Source: Bacteroidota bacterium
Lineage (GTDB): Bacteria > Bacteroidota > Bacteroidia > Flavobacteriales_D > Sanyastnellaceae
NCBI GenBank assembly: GCA_039805365.1
Contig: JBDLUK010000130.1
Span: 1 to 49,672 of the forward strand
Length of the DNA stretch: 49,672 nucleotides
Reading direction: 5' to 3'
Shown: piece by piece, positions 10,302-18,172 of the stretch
How positions within the stretch are numbered: the stretch's first letter is position 1
How the letters are laid out: each line of letters starts with the position of its first letter
Position numbers and translations under genes: made by a program
Notes under the pieces: model-generated
The model's input: the letters and a program-made list of their open reading frames with translations, nothing else
Databases searched by the model: none
What the model was told of the DNA's origin: nothing

Positions 10302-11447
10302 TCAAGCAATCGACATTGCATGAAGAGCTGTCAGAATTTGCCTTTCATTCTCTGTAACTTCAATACCACGACGTGATTTGACTACCGCAATTGTTTCCAA
10401 CGCCTTTTTTAAATCATATAACTCACCAGCATTTGCATCTCCCCAATAAAAGTCTGGCAAATGTTTTTTAGGGAAACCTGCTCCATAAAAATTCACACAA
10501 ACCCCCACTACACTCCCTGTATTCCACATTGTATTGATTCCACATTTGCTATAATCTCCCATCATCAATCCACAAAAATTCAAACCAGTACTCTCCTCTT
10601 TTTGTGTGACATAATCATATTGCTTCACAACACTGTAATTGTTCTTCAAATTAGAACAGTTGGTATCCGCCCCCAAATTACACCATTGTCCAATAATTGA
10701 ATTACCTAGGAAACCATCATGTGCTTTGTTACTGTATCCTTGAAAACTCACATTGCCCAACTCACCACCAACCTTACAATAGGGACCAATGGCAGTAGGG
10801 CCATAAATTTTCGCACCCATTTTCACCACACTAGATTTCCCCAAGTAAAATGGTCCTCTGATCAAAGAGCCCTCCATAATTTCAGTATCATCATCAATCC
10901 ATACTGGACCATCCGTGACGTTTATTATCGATCCGAAAATTTTAGCTGTTGGAGACACAAACAAGGAATTTTTATTCCCAATGACACAATTGCTTTCGTG
11001 TAACTGAAACGAACTATCCACTTCCGACAACAACAAATCAAATTCAATCTGACTGTGTATCTCACTAAACAATTCTGTCCTTTTGTCTAACATTACAACT
11101 CCTTCACTGAACTCCTTCCAGATAATTCCACTAGAATCTCCATCTTCAGAAAAATAAGCCAATATATCCTCACCTCTTCGTAAACCTTGCCCTTGCTTTA
11201 AATTCTCAATTGCCTCTAACAGGATTTCCGTAGGGCACAGTCGGCCATTCATATATAAAGATGGTGCATGAAATTCCTCTTTTACACCAATCCATTCTCG
11301 GTTCGATATCAAAACAACTTCCGAAAATTTCCTCCTCCATTTTTCTACAATCGTCAACGCTCCCCACCTCAATTCAGAAATGTGTCTTGTGGTTGTAAAA
11401 GGAAAAAACGATCGAATCTTACTGTCCTCAAATAAAACAACTTTCAT
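10302..11447 (-). CDS. GlmU-like putative sugar nucleotidyltransferase/acyltransferase with left-handed beta-helix
   Basis: The C-terminal half is hexapeptide repeats (GAKIYGPTAIGPYCKVGGELGNVSFQGYSNKAHDGFLGNSIIGQWCNLGADT). Size and layout match the ~390-aa putative sugar nucleotidyltransferase family common in Bacteroidota. Confidence 0.65.
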   Translation of the reverse strand: MKVVLFEDSKIRSFFPFTTTRHISELRWGALTIVEKWRRKFSEVVLISNREWIGVKEEFHAPSLYMNGRLCPTEILLEAIENLKQGQGLRRGEDILAYFSEDGDSSGIIWKEFSEGVVMLDKRTELFSEIHSQIEFDLLLSEVDSSFQLHESNCVIGNKNSLFVSPTAKIFGSIINVTDGPVWIDDDTEIMEGSLIRGPFYLGKSSVVKMGAKIYGPTAIGPYCKVGGELGNVSFQGYSNKAHDGFLGNSIIGQWCNLGADTNCSNLKNNYSVVKQYDYVTQKEESTGLNFCGLMMGDYSKCGINTMWNTGSVVGVCVNFYGAGFPKKHLPDFYWGDANAGELYDLKKALETIAVVKSRRGIEVTENERQILTALHAMSIA

Positions 11448-11541
11448 GTCGCCAAATTAGTTTTTTTTTGACTCCAAAACACTTCATTTCTAACTTTGAA
11501 TATGTCATTTTGTTAGTTGATTGAACAAACCAACGAGATAG

Positions 11542-12453
11542 ATGGTTTTAATGAAAATTAAAGTCGTGAGAGAACAGGTATTCACTATCAAAGAATTGGA
11601 GAGTTTTTCAGGTATTAAGGCCCACACCATTCGTATTTGGGAACAACGCTACAATCTTTTAAAACCAGACCGAACGGATACCAACATCAGAAGATATACG
11701 GATCAAGACCTAAAAAAACTACTGAATATTTCTCTGCTTCTCAACCTAGGCTACAAAATTTCAGGAATAGCCAAGTTAACGGACACCGAGATTCAGGATA
11801 CAATATTAAAATCTCAAGTTGTTCAGGGAGCCGACCAACACCATCAGCATGTTTTAAAGATTGCAATGCTGAACTATGACGAGATATTGTTCAATAGTGT
11901 CATTGATCCCTTTGTGGCCCAAAATGGAATACAGAGAACATTTGTTGAGGTCATTATCCCATTTCTGCACTCCATTGGAGTAATGTGGCAAGCCGATGCA
12001 ATTTGTCCCGCACAAGAGCATTTTATCTCGAGCCTAATAAGACAAAAGCTTTTCTCCTTGATTGAAGGACTGAAAGATGTACCAACCACCAAAGAAAAGA
12101 CGCTCATTCTATTTTTACCTGAGCTAGAAATTCATGAGATATCGTTAATCATGCTCCAATATGTCTTTAAATCAAGAGGGTACAAAACGATATTTCTGGG
12201 TCAGAGCGTGCCAATAGACGATTTGGTGCAAGTATATCAAAGAATGGGTGCTGTACATTTTGTATCAATTCTCACCACTAACCCCATGCCTATATTGCTA
12301 AATGACTACATGAAAAAAATCAGCAAGCAATTTACGGATAGTGAATGTCATTTTCATTTTACAGGTTTCATCATCAAAGGGCAGAAATCTATTGATTTTC
12401 AATTGATTTCATATCACAATACCGTAGAGGAATTGATGTCGCAATTTGACTGA
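11542..12453 (+). CDS. MerR-family regulator with C-terminal B12-binding domain (CarH/LitR-like)
   Basis: MerR HTH (FTIKELESFSGIKAHTIRIWEQRYNLLKPDRTDTNIRRYT). W-x9-EH motif (WQADAICPAQEH). Putative lower-ligand His in ELEIHEIS, followed by the Rossmann-like YKTIFLGQSVP. The start could also be ATG 11551. Confidence 0.8.
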   Translation: MVLMKIKVVREQVFTIKELESFSGIKAHTIRIWEQRYNLLKPDRTDTNIRRYTDQDLKKLLNISLLLNLGYKISGIAKLTDTEIQDTILKSQVVQGADQHHQHVLKIAMLNYDEILFNSVIDPFVAQNGIQRTFVEVIIPFLHSIGVMWQADAICPAQEHFISSLIRQKLFSLIEGLKDVPTTKEKTLILFLPELEIHEISLIMLQYVFKSRGYKTIFLGQSVPIDDLVQVYQRMGAVHFVSILTTNPMPILLNDYMKKISKQFTDSECHFHFTGFIIKGQKSIDFQLISYHNTVEELMSQFD

Positions 12454-12480
12454 TGCATCAATTGAAAATATAACGAAATA

Positions 12481-12510
12481 AAAAAGGCGATGACTTCATC
12501 GCCTTTTCTT
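12481..12510. terminator. Bidirectional hairpin terminator between the MerR-like gene and tRNA-Phe
   Basis: Sequence aaaaa-ggcgatg-actt-catcgcc-ttttctt: a 7-bp GC-rich stem flanked by an A-run and a T-run, so it can terminate transcription from both directions. Confidence 0.7.
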
Positions 12511-12511
12511 G

Positions 12512-12584
12512 TGGTACCAGCTGGAATCGAACCAGCGACACAAGGATTTTCAGTCCTTTGCTCTACCAACTGAGCTATGGTACC
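12512..12584 (-). tRNA. tRNA-Phe (anticodon GAA)
   Basis: The reverse complement GGTACCATAGCTCAGTTGGTAGAGCAAAGGACTGAAAATCCTTGTGTCGCTGGTTCGATTCCAGCTGGTACCA folds as a 73-nt cloverleaf. Acceptor GGTACCA/TGGTACC, D-stem GCTC/GAGC, anticodon stem AAGGA/TCCTT with loop CTGAAAA, T-arm GCTGG-TTCGATT-CCAGC. CCA is not encoded. Confidence 0.95.
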
Positions 12585-12600
12585 GGTACCTTTTAGGGTG

Positions 12601-12608
12601 CAAATATA
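12601..12608 (-). promoter_or_regulatory. -7 box TATATTTG, 16 nt upstream of the mature tRNA-Phe 5' end
   Basis: Perfect TAnnTTTG on the minus strand, between the phosphatase stop and the tRNA. Confidence 0.4.
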
Positions 12609-12631
12609 TAATCTTTTTCTTTTTCTGCAAA

Positions 12632-14752
12632 TTAAATTTCAAAAGTCACCAAACAGAGATCATCGGTTTGCTCCTCATCACCTTTCCACTTCAACCAAAG
12701 ATCCTCTAAATCATGATGTTGCTTGCGTGAATCTAAGTATTCGTTATCGTAAAAAAAACTTTTGATTCTTTTCCCTCCCAATTTTTTATTTTTCTCACCA
12801 CCAAATTGATCACTCAAACCGTCAGTGTACATAACAAAACGGCAGCCCGGCTTTAAATTACTAATTTTCAAATTATTAAAGTCTTTAGGCATATCCGACC
12901 AAGAAATAGATTGCTTATCTCCATCAAATATTGTCCATTGTTCGCCATTCCAAAACCAACAAAGTCGATTGGCTCCAGCCCAATATCCAATTTCTTGCGA
13001 AATATTCAGTGCTAACAATCCAATGTCCATCCCATCTCGGATAATTTGCCCATCCTGTGCACCAAATGCACGCACAATTTCAGTTCTGCAATCGTTTAAA
13101 ATTTCAGCGGGTAAAGCTTGGTCATGCTTACCAATAGCTTGATTGAGCGCATTGATTGCTATCATACTCACCAAGGCACCAGGTACGCCGTGACCTGTGC
13201 AATCACCTACAGCTACATATGTCCAATTATCCACTTGCTTAAACCAGTAAAAATCTCCTGCAACTATGTCCTTGGCTTTGTAGGTGATACACGTTTTTCC
13301 TAATACCTGTTGTATCGTGTCTAGAGATGGAAGAAGCGCATTTTGCAATCTCTGGCTGTAGGTAATCGATTCAACTATTCGATTATTCTTATCCTCCAAT
13401 TCATTTTTCTGAATGGTGATTAATTCATTGGACTTCCTTTTGATTCGATATGCCCTAAAAACAAAGAATACCAGGCCAATAAGCAATGTCGAGATAATGG
13501 AAATCACGATAATAATCTGCTTAGATTGTTCTTGTTTCTCGTCATATTGCTTCTTTAAGAACATTCTCCTGACCTCATCATCATTCATACGTTGCTCTGC
13601 CGATTGCAAGTCTTCAGAAGCTATCAAAGCTTCCACCAACATGCCATTGGCTTTGTATAGTTCCTTCATGAATGCTGCGGTCCTTTTGATGTCTGCTACT
13701 GCATCCAAATCCTTACTTCCCAGGTAAGCCCTTTGGCCATACCAAAATGCGGAATCATTTTCCCCCTGAATTTGAAACAACTCAGCTAACATAAATTCTG
13801 AATCAATTATTCCCTTTTTGTCTTTAATTCCCGAACTCAATTGCCATGCTCTTTTTGCGAAAATGAAGGCCAACGGAATATTCTTTTTAGCCCTATGTGT
13901 CAACGCTATTTTCCGAAGCGCTGATGAAATCCCTTTCATTTCCTTCAATTCTGTTCTAATAGATAGGCATCTTTCATACATGACCAAAGCAGAATCTAGA
14001 ATTCCGCGCTCCTTAAAGCATTTTCCCAAATTGTGATAGCATGAAGCCTCGGCACTTCTGTTTCCTAAGGATTGAACAGTTCTTAGACTCCTTCGGAATT
14101 CGATTTCGGCCTCTCCATATGACTCCAACTCCAGCAACATCAACCCTACGTTGTTCCACAATTCAGCTAGTTCATCTTCATCCCCAAGTTTTTCTCTATA
14201 TGTCCCGGACTTCTCGAAGCTCTTTAGGGCTCTGACTTTGTCTTTAAAAAAAGAATAATACAAACCAAGATCTGAATATCCATTACCCAATATTTTAAGC
14301 CACTCCGAATCCAAATCATTTCCATTTATCTCTGCCTCAATTTTATCCAAATAAAATTCAACTGTATCCAACGCCATCAAAACCTCACCTTTGTTGTATG
14401 ATATCCATGCTCCAAAAATTTTTGCTCTATTCCAACCTTTGGGATTATTCATAGCCTTACAGTGAAGAGCAGATTGAGCTATAGAGCGCTCTGCCAAAGG
14501 ATAATTGCCTTTCTTATCAAAGCCAATGGCATTGAGGTAATAACACTCTGCCAATAGCGCCGCTGAAGCTTCTGGATGATGAATGATTCTTTCAGTGTTC
14601 AATAGTATGCTATCGGCATTTCCACTTTTAAAAGATTGCGCCTTATTCAAAAAAAAGAGCAAATCAGCTTGAGCAAAAGATGAAAATCCAACACCAAATA
14701 CTGAAAGAATAAACAAATAAATAAACTTACTATTCCAATGCAATTGCCTCAT
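12632..14752 (-). CDS. TPR-repeat / transmembrane / PP2C-type (SpoIIE family) protein phosphatase
   Basis: Signal peptide, ~400 aa of TPR-like repeats, TM helix IIIVISIISTLLIGLVFFVFRAY, a coiled coil, then the SpoIIE/PP2C motifs AGDFYWF, VGDCTGHGVPGALVSM and MYTDGLSDQFGG. I prefer ATG 14752 over TTG 14758 because the -7 box covers 14756-14763. Confidence 0.85.
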   Translation of the reverse strand: MRQLHWNSKFIYLFILSVFGVGFSSFAQADLLFFLNKAQSFKSGNADSILLNTERIIHHPEASAALLAECYYLNAIGFDKKGNYPLAERSIAQSALHCKAMNNPKGWNRAKIFGAWISYNKGEVLMALDTVEFYLDKIEAEINGNDLDSEWLKILGNGYSDLGLYYSFFKDKVRALKSFEKSGTYREKLGDEDELAELWNNVGLMLLELESYGEAEIEFRRSLRTVQSLGNRSAEASCYHNLGKCFKERGILDSALVMYERCLSIRTELKEMKGISSALRKIALTHRAKKNIPLAFIFAKRAWQLSSGIKDKKGIIDSEFMLAELFQIQGENDSAFWYGQRAYLGSKDLDAVADIKRTAAFMKELYKANGMLVEALIASEDLQSAEQRMNDDEVRRMFLKKQYDEKQEQSKQIIIVISIISTLLIGLVFFVFRAYRIKRKSNELITIQKNELEDKNNRIVESITYSQRLQNALLPSLDTIQQVLGKTCITYKAKDIVAGDFYWFKQVDNWTYVAVGDCTGHGVPGALVSMIAINALNQAIGKHDQALPAEILNDCRTEIVRAFGAQDGQIIRDGMDIGLLALNISQEIGYWAGANRLCWFWNGEQWTIFDGDKQSISWSDMPKDFNNLKISNLKPGCRFVMYTDGLSDQFGGEKNKKLGGKRIKSFFYDNEYLDSRKQHHDLEDLWLKWKGDEEQTDDLCLVTFEI

Positions 14753-14755
14753 TTT

Positions 14756-14763
14756 CAAATATA
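14756..14763 (-). promoter_or_regulatory. -7 box TATATTTG, 3 nt upstream of ATG 14752
   Basis: Perfect TAnnTTTG on the minus strand. Confidence 0.5.
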
Positions 14764-14792
14764 ATCATAAGATTTAAGCCCAATTAAAATTA

Positions 14793-14828
14793 TTTTGTTT
14801 AAATATTTTGTGATTTTTTTAAACAAAA
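14793..14828. promoter_or_regulatory. Palindrome A: TTTTGTTTAAA-N14-TTTAAACAAAA
   Basis: Perfect 11-bp inverted arms at 14793-14803 and 14818-14828, in the divergent phosphatase/sigma intergenic region. Confidence 0.4.
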
Positions 14829-14846
14829 GTGAAGATTAAACCTTCT

Positions 14847-14882
14847 TTTTGTTTAATATTTGCACCATATAATTAAACAAAA
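14847..14882. promoter_or_regulatory. Palindrome B: TTTTGTTTAAT-N14-ATTAAACAAAA
   Basis: Perfect 11-bp inverted arms at 14847-14857 and 14872-14882, with the same arm sequence and spacer length as palindrome A. Its centre is 54 bp from that of A. The right arm ends 5 nt before the sigma ATG. Confidence 0.4.
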
Positions 14883-14887
14883 GCAAA

Positions 14888-15388
14888 ATGAGCACTTTAG
14901 AATTCAATACTTTGGTTGGCAACCATTCTCAAACTTTACGAGGATATGCCATTCAATACACCAAAAATTGGGATGATGCTGAAGATCTAATACAAGATAC
15001 CTTGCTAAAAGCATTGAGGTACAAAGATCATTTTGAAGAAGGAACCAATTTCAAAGGCTGGATTTTCACCATCATGAGAAATATTTTCATCAATGGCTAC
15101 AAGAGAAAAAAACTTCAAATGAGCCTTTTGGAAAATGTAAAATCTGAAAGTGCAATGATTGCTGGCAGAGTATCAGAAAATACTATTGCAACTGAAATCA
15201 ACACCAAAGAAATTATGAAGGCAATTAATCAATTGAGTCCAGAGTATAAAAAACCATTTCAAATGATTCTTGATGGTTATCACTATGAGGAAATTGCGCA
15301 GGAAATGAACATCCCGATTGGTACCGTTAAAAGTAGAATATTCCACGCCCGTCAAAAATTAAGTACTCAATTGTCCGACTTCAGATAA
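14888..15388 (+). CDS. ECF-type sigma-70 family RNA polymerase sigma factor
   Basis: Region 2 (DAEDLIQDTLLKAL..FKGWIFTIMRNIFINGYKRKK) and region 4 HTH (YEEIAQEMNIPIGTVKSRIFHARQKL). No anti-sigma-like ORF is adjacent. Confidence 0.9.
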   Translation: MSTLEFNTLVGNHSQTLRGYAIQYTKNWDDAEDLIQDTLLKALRYKDHFEEGTNFKGWIFTIMRNIFINGYKRKKLQMSLLENVKSESAMIAGRVSENTIATEINTKEIMKAINQLSPEYKKPFQMILDGYHYEEIAQEMNIPIGTVKSRIFHARQKLSTQLSDFR

Positions 15389-15422
15389 CACTTGATAATC
15401 AGCTTTATTTTTATTAGGTTTG

Positions 15423-15450
15423 TGCAACCTGGAGACTGAAGAAAGTGTCT
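15423..15450 (+). promoter_or_regulatory. Candidate ECF-type promoter TGCAAC-N18-GTCT, 25 nt upstream of cargo gene ATG 15476
   Basis: TGCAAC at 15423-15428 and GTCT at 15447-15450. An identical motif with identical spacing occurs at 40313-40340. It fits the generic ECF layout of a -35 ending in AAC, a ~17-nt spacer and a -10 containing GTC. Confidence 0.4.
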
Positions 15451-15475
15451 TTCTTTTGAATCCCTGCCTTAACCT

Positions 15476-18136
15476 ATGAAGTATCTCATTATCATATTCT
15501 ATTTGGTTGTCATCTCAACGGCTGCAAATTCGCAGGTTTTGACCATCAACCAATCCAGCAGTATTACTCCTACTGCGTTGGACAATTACATCAACAACAT
15601 TCTTATCAATAGTGGAATCCAATCTGATTACATCAGTTATTCCGGATTTCCTGAGCAGATTGGCTTCATGAGTAATGGCGGAACTACAGCAGGTCTGCCA
15701 TTCAACAGCGGTATTATATTAACTTCTGGATCAGCCAATGGCCTTAACAACATTACAGGCGGCACTAACGGCCCATGGACATTGGGCGGAGTTTCAAGTC
15801 CCGTATGGCCCGGAACATTTTCACCAACCACACAGGTTTGTTACGATCTTCCTTGCACTCCACAGGGTCAAGATGCAATTATTGAAGATTTATTGGCAAC
15901 CCAAGCAGAAAATGTGGACGATCAATTGATTGCTATGGGCTTGTACACAGGGGCTACATTTATGCCTGCAAACGTCAATATCAATGACATGGTCATACTC
16001 GAATTCGATTTTATTCCTTCGGGAGACACAATGTCCTTCGATTATATTTTCGGTTCTAACGAGTATGAAACGGGTTCAGGTGGTGGTTATGAATACACCC
16101 AATTCAACGACATCTTTGGATTTTTCGTAACAGGTCCTAATCCCACAAATGCAGCAACCCCTTACTCCCAAGTCAATATTGCTCAGGTCCCCAATACAAC
16201 CCCACCTCTTCCAATTACAATCAGCACAATCAACAACGACAATACCCAGCCCATCAATACACAATATTGGAATGGCAATGCGCCAATGAACTATCCGCTT
16301 AACGCAAGAGGATTTACCGACTTAATGTCTGCTACCTTACACGTCGTGCCTTGTCAAACTTACCACATTGTACTTACCGTTGCGGATTGTGGTGACTCCG
16401 GATTCGACACCTTTGTAATCCTTCGTGAGAATTCACTTCTCTCTGTGCCAGATGTTCAAGTTGATTTAAATGTGAACGGAACAACCGTTACCAATAACTT
16501 GATTTATGAAGAATGTGGTCAACCGCTTCTTCATATTGAATATGACCCCTCAGTAACGCCAACAGCATTTGCATTACTCAATTGGGGAGGTGCGCCTGTT
16601 GCATACGACGGAACAAATCTTGGCACATACGATTATTCCGCATTTGACAACAATGGAAACTTAATTTCTCTTCCCAATCAAATCAATCTCACACCAACCT
16701 CTCCAGCAACAGACATCTTAATCGGTGCCTACAATGACAATTTGTTGGAAGGAATGGAAATTATTGAATTGGAAATTCTAACCCCAGTTTCAGGATGTAA
16801 CTCCCCGCAATTGTACAACAGCCAGGCGATAGAGATCATCATCAACGATTTAACACCTTTGGATTTAGCATTTGATTCATTGGCCATCCTTCAAGAAATT
16901 TCACATGACACATTGTACTTGGCATGTAACAATCAAACGCCATTGCCTTATGATCTATCGGGAGGAGATGCCAATTATGAATATAGTTGGTACGATGAAA
17001 CCGGTAATATTGGAAACAATACGACATATATCTACGACGGTACCTCAATGGGCGAAGGATTTATTGGTCTTACAGTAACTGATGGCTGTAATCAAATCAT
17101 CCATGACACACTACAAGTTCTTTATCCTCCGATGATTTTTGAAGCTGGATTGGACTTTTATGGCAACTGTGGTGAAACCCATGTTGTAGCTCCCGTTGTT
17201 TCTTCTGGAACATACTCTATTCTATATAATTGGTACGCAGACGGACAGTTGTTGAACAATCAAACACAAACTAGTTCGCTTTTGCCCATCAGCCAGACCC
17301 TGCAATTCAATGACACAACCGAGATTGTTATTGTCGCCACCGATTTGTGCAATGAGACTTGGCAAGATACCATGACTTTTTTCATACCCGATGCTCCGCT
17401 TGACATCGTCAACATGCCTGATACATCCGTTTGCTTTTACGGTGTTGTACATTACGTTGCAGAGGTCCAAGGTGGAGGCGGTGGATATCAAATATACTGG
17501 CCTGAATTAAACGTGCATGGAGCATCAATGAGCGTTGACAATATTGTTGGTGATTTAACTTACACAGTTGAAGCGGTAGATGTTTGCGGATCCATGGCTT
17601 ATGACACCGTTCAAATATTTATGATTCCTGTGTCTGCCAATTTTGAGGCTATTACGACAGAAGATAATGTTTATGATTTTGCAGCGTTGCCATGTGAAAA
17701 CTGCACATACTCATGGGATTTTGGAGATGGTACGATGTCAGAAGATTCAATTGTACATCATGAATTTGACGGACTTGATGAATATGAAGTGAACCTGCTT
17801 GTTGTGAATGCCATTGGTTGTACCGATCAAAATGACTTTACGGTTGTGGCGCCTGCATATTATTTTATTCCAAGTAGCTTCACTCCTAACGGAGATGGCA
17901 TCAACGATGCATTCCAAATGGTTGGAGAAAACGTAGAAATTTTCGACCTGAAAATCATGAATAGATGGGGTGAGATTGTATTTGAGACCAAAGACCCCAA
18001 CAATACATGGATGGGCGATCATCAGGGACATGCAGACTATTATGTGCCTAATGGCGTATATACTTACACACTTAAAATAAAAGGCAAAAACAAGGACGCT
18101 AAAACATTGAACGGAACTGTAACAGTGGTGCGTTAA
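15476..18136 (+). CDS. Choice-of-anchor-L-like domain protein with PKD-like domain and T9SS type-B sorting domain
   Basis: Signal peptide, then an N-terminal region with FNSGIILTSGSA, FGSNEYE, FNDIFGFFVTG and DCGDSGFDTFVIL. PKD-type YSWDFGDGTMS. C-terminus YYFIPSSFTPNGDGINDAF..IMNRWGEIVFET..GVYTYT..NGTVTVVR. Confidence 0.85.
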   Translation: MKYLIIIFYLVVISTAANSQVLTINQSSSITPTALDNYINNILINSGIQSDYISYSGFPEQIGFMSNGGTTAGLPFNSGIILTSGSANGLNNITGGTNGPWTLGGVSSPVWPGTFSPTTQVCYDLPCTPQGQDAIIEDLLATQAENVDDQLIAMGLYTGATFMPANVNINDMVILEFDFIPSGDTMSFDYIFGSNEYETGSGGGYEYTQFNDIFGFFVTGPNPTNAATPYSQVNIAQVPNTTPPLPITISTINNDNTQPINTQYWNGNAPMNYPLNARGFTDLMSATLHVVPCQTYHIVLTVADCGDSGFDTFVILRENSLLSVPDVQVDLNVNGTTVTNNLIYEECGQPLLHIEYDPSVTPTAFALLNWGGAPVAYDGTNLGTYDYSAFDNNGNLISLPNQINLTPTSPATDILIGAYNDNLLEGMEIIELEILTPVSGCNSPQLYNSQAIEIIINDLTPLDLAFDSLAILQEISHDTLYLACNNQTPLPYDLSGGDANYEYSWYDETGNIGNNTTYIYDGTSMGEGFIGLTVTDGCNQIIHDTLQVLYPPMIFEAGLDFYGNCGETHVVAPVVSSGTYSILYNWYADGQLLNNQTQTSSLLPISQTLQFNDTTEIVIVATDLCNETWQDTMTFFIPDAPLDIVNMPDTSVCFYGVVHYVAEVQGGGGGYQIYWPELNVHGASMSVDNIVGDLTYTVEAVDVCGSMAYDTVQIFMIPVSANFEAITTEDNVYDFAALPCENCTYSWDFGDGTMSEDSIVHHEFDGLDEYEVNLLVVNAIGCTDQNDFTVVAPAYYFIPSSFTPNGDGINDAFQMVGENVEIFDLKIMNRWGEIVFETKDPNNTWMGDHQGHADYYVPNGVYTYTLKIKGKNKDAKTLNGTVTVVR

Positions 18137-18137
18137 A

Positions 18138-18172
18138 AAAGAAATAGAAGCATTACTCTTCTATTTCTTTTT
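18138..18172. terminator. Bidirectional hairpin terminator between convergent genes
   Basis: Stem aaagaaatagaag / cttctatttcttt with a 7-nt loop, flanked by an A-run and a T-run. The right arm overlaps the last codons of the minus-strand gene. Confidence 0.6.

Noticed and set aside
11448-11541. Searched the MerR/CarH-like upstream region for tandem 11-bp CarH-type operator repeats or a MerR palindrome
   Set aside because: I found only a weak tttgtt-N9-aacaaa symmetry. Nothing matched the nAnnTnnACAn repeat pattern on either strand.
12512-12584. tRNA-Phe as a possible integration site for a genomic island
   Set aside because: There is no integrase, no direct repeat of the tRNA 3' end and no mobility gene on either side. 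The flanking genes look like ordinary chromosomal genes.
14758-14758. Alternative upstream starts used by the ORF track: TTG 14758, TTG 18746, TTG 48671, GTG 48758, and upstream Met or TTG codons at 26552, 27281, 31268, 38393, 38940 and 40335
   Set aside because: Downstream ATGs give proper signal peptides or N-termini. They also sit at classic overlap or coupling positions, or lie just downstream of TAnnTTTG boxes that would otherwise fall inside the coding region.
15439-15455. Hairpin aagaaag-tgt-ctttctt between the ECF sigma and the cargo gene, considered as a terminator
   Set aside because: The stem is only 7 bp and A/U-rich, with a 3-nt loop and a short T-tract. It lies between the proposed -35 and -10 of the candidate promoter. 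It is too weak to call.
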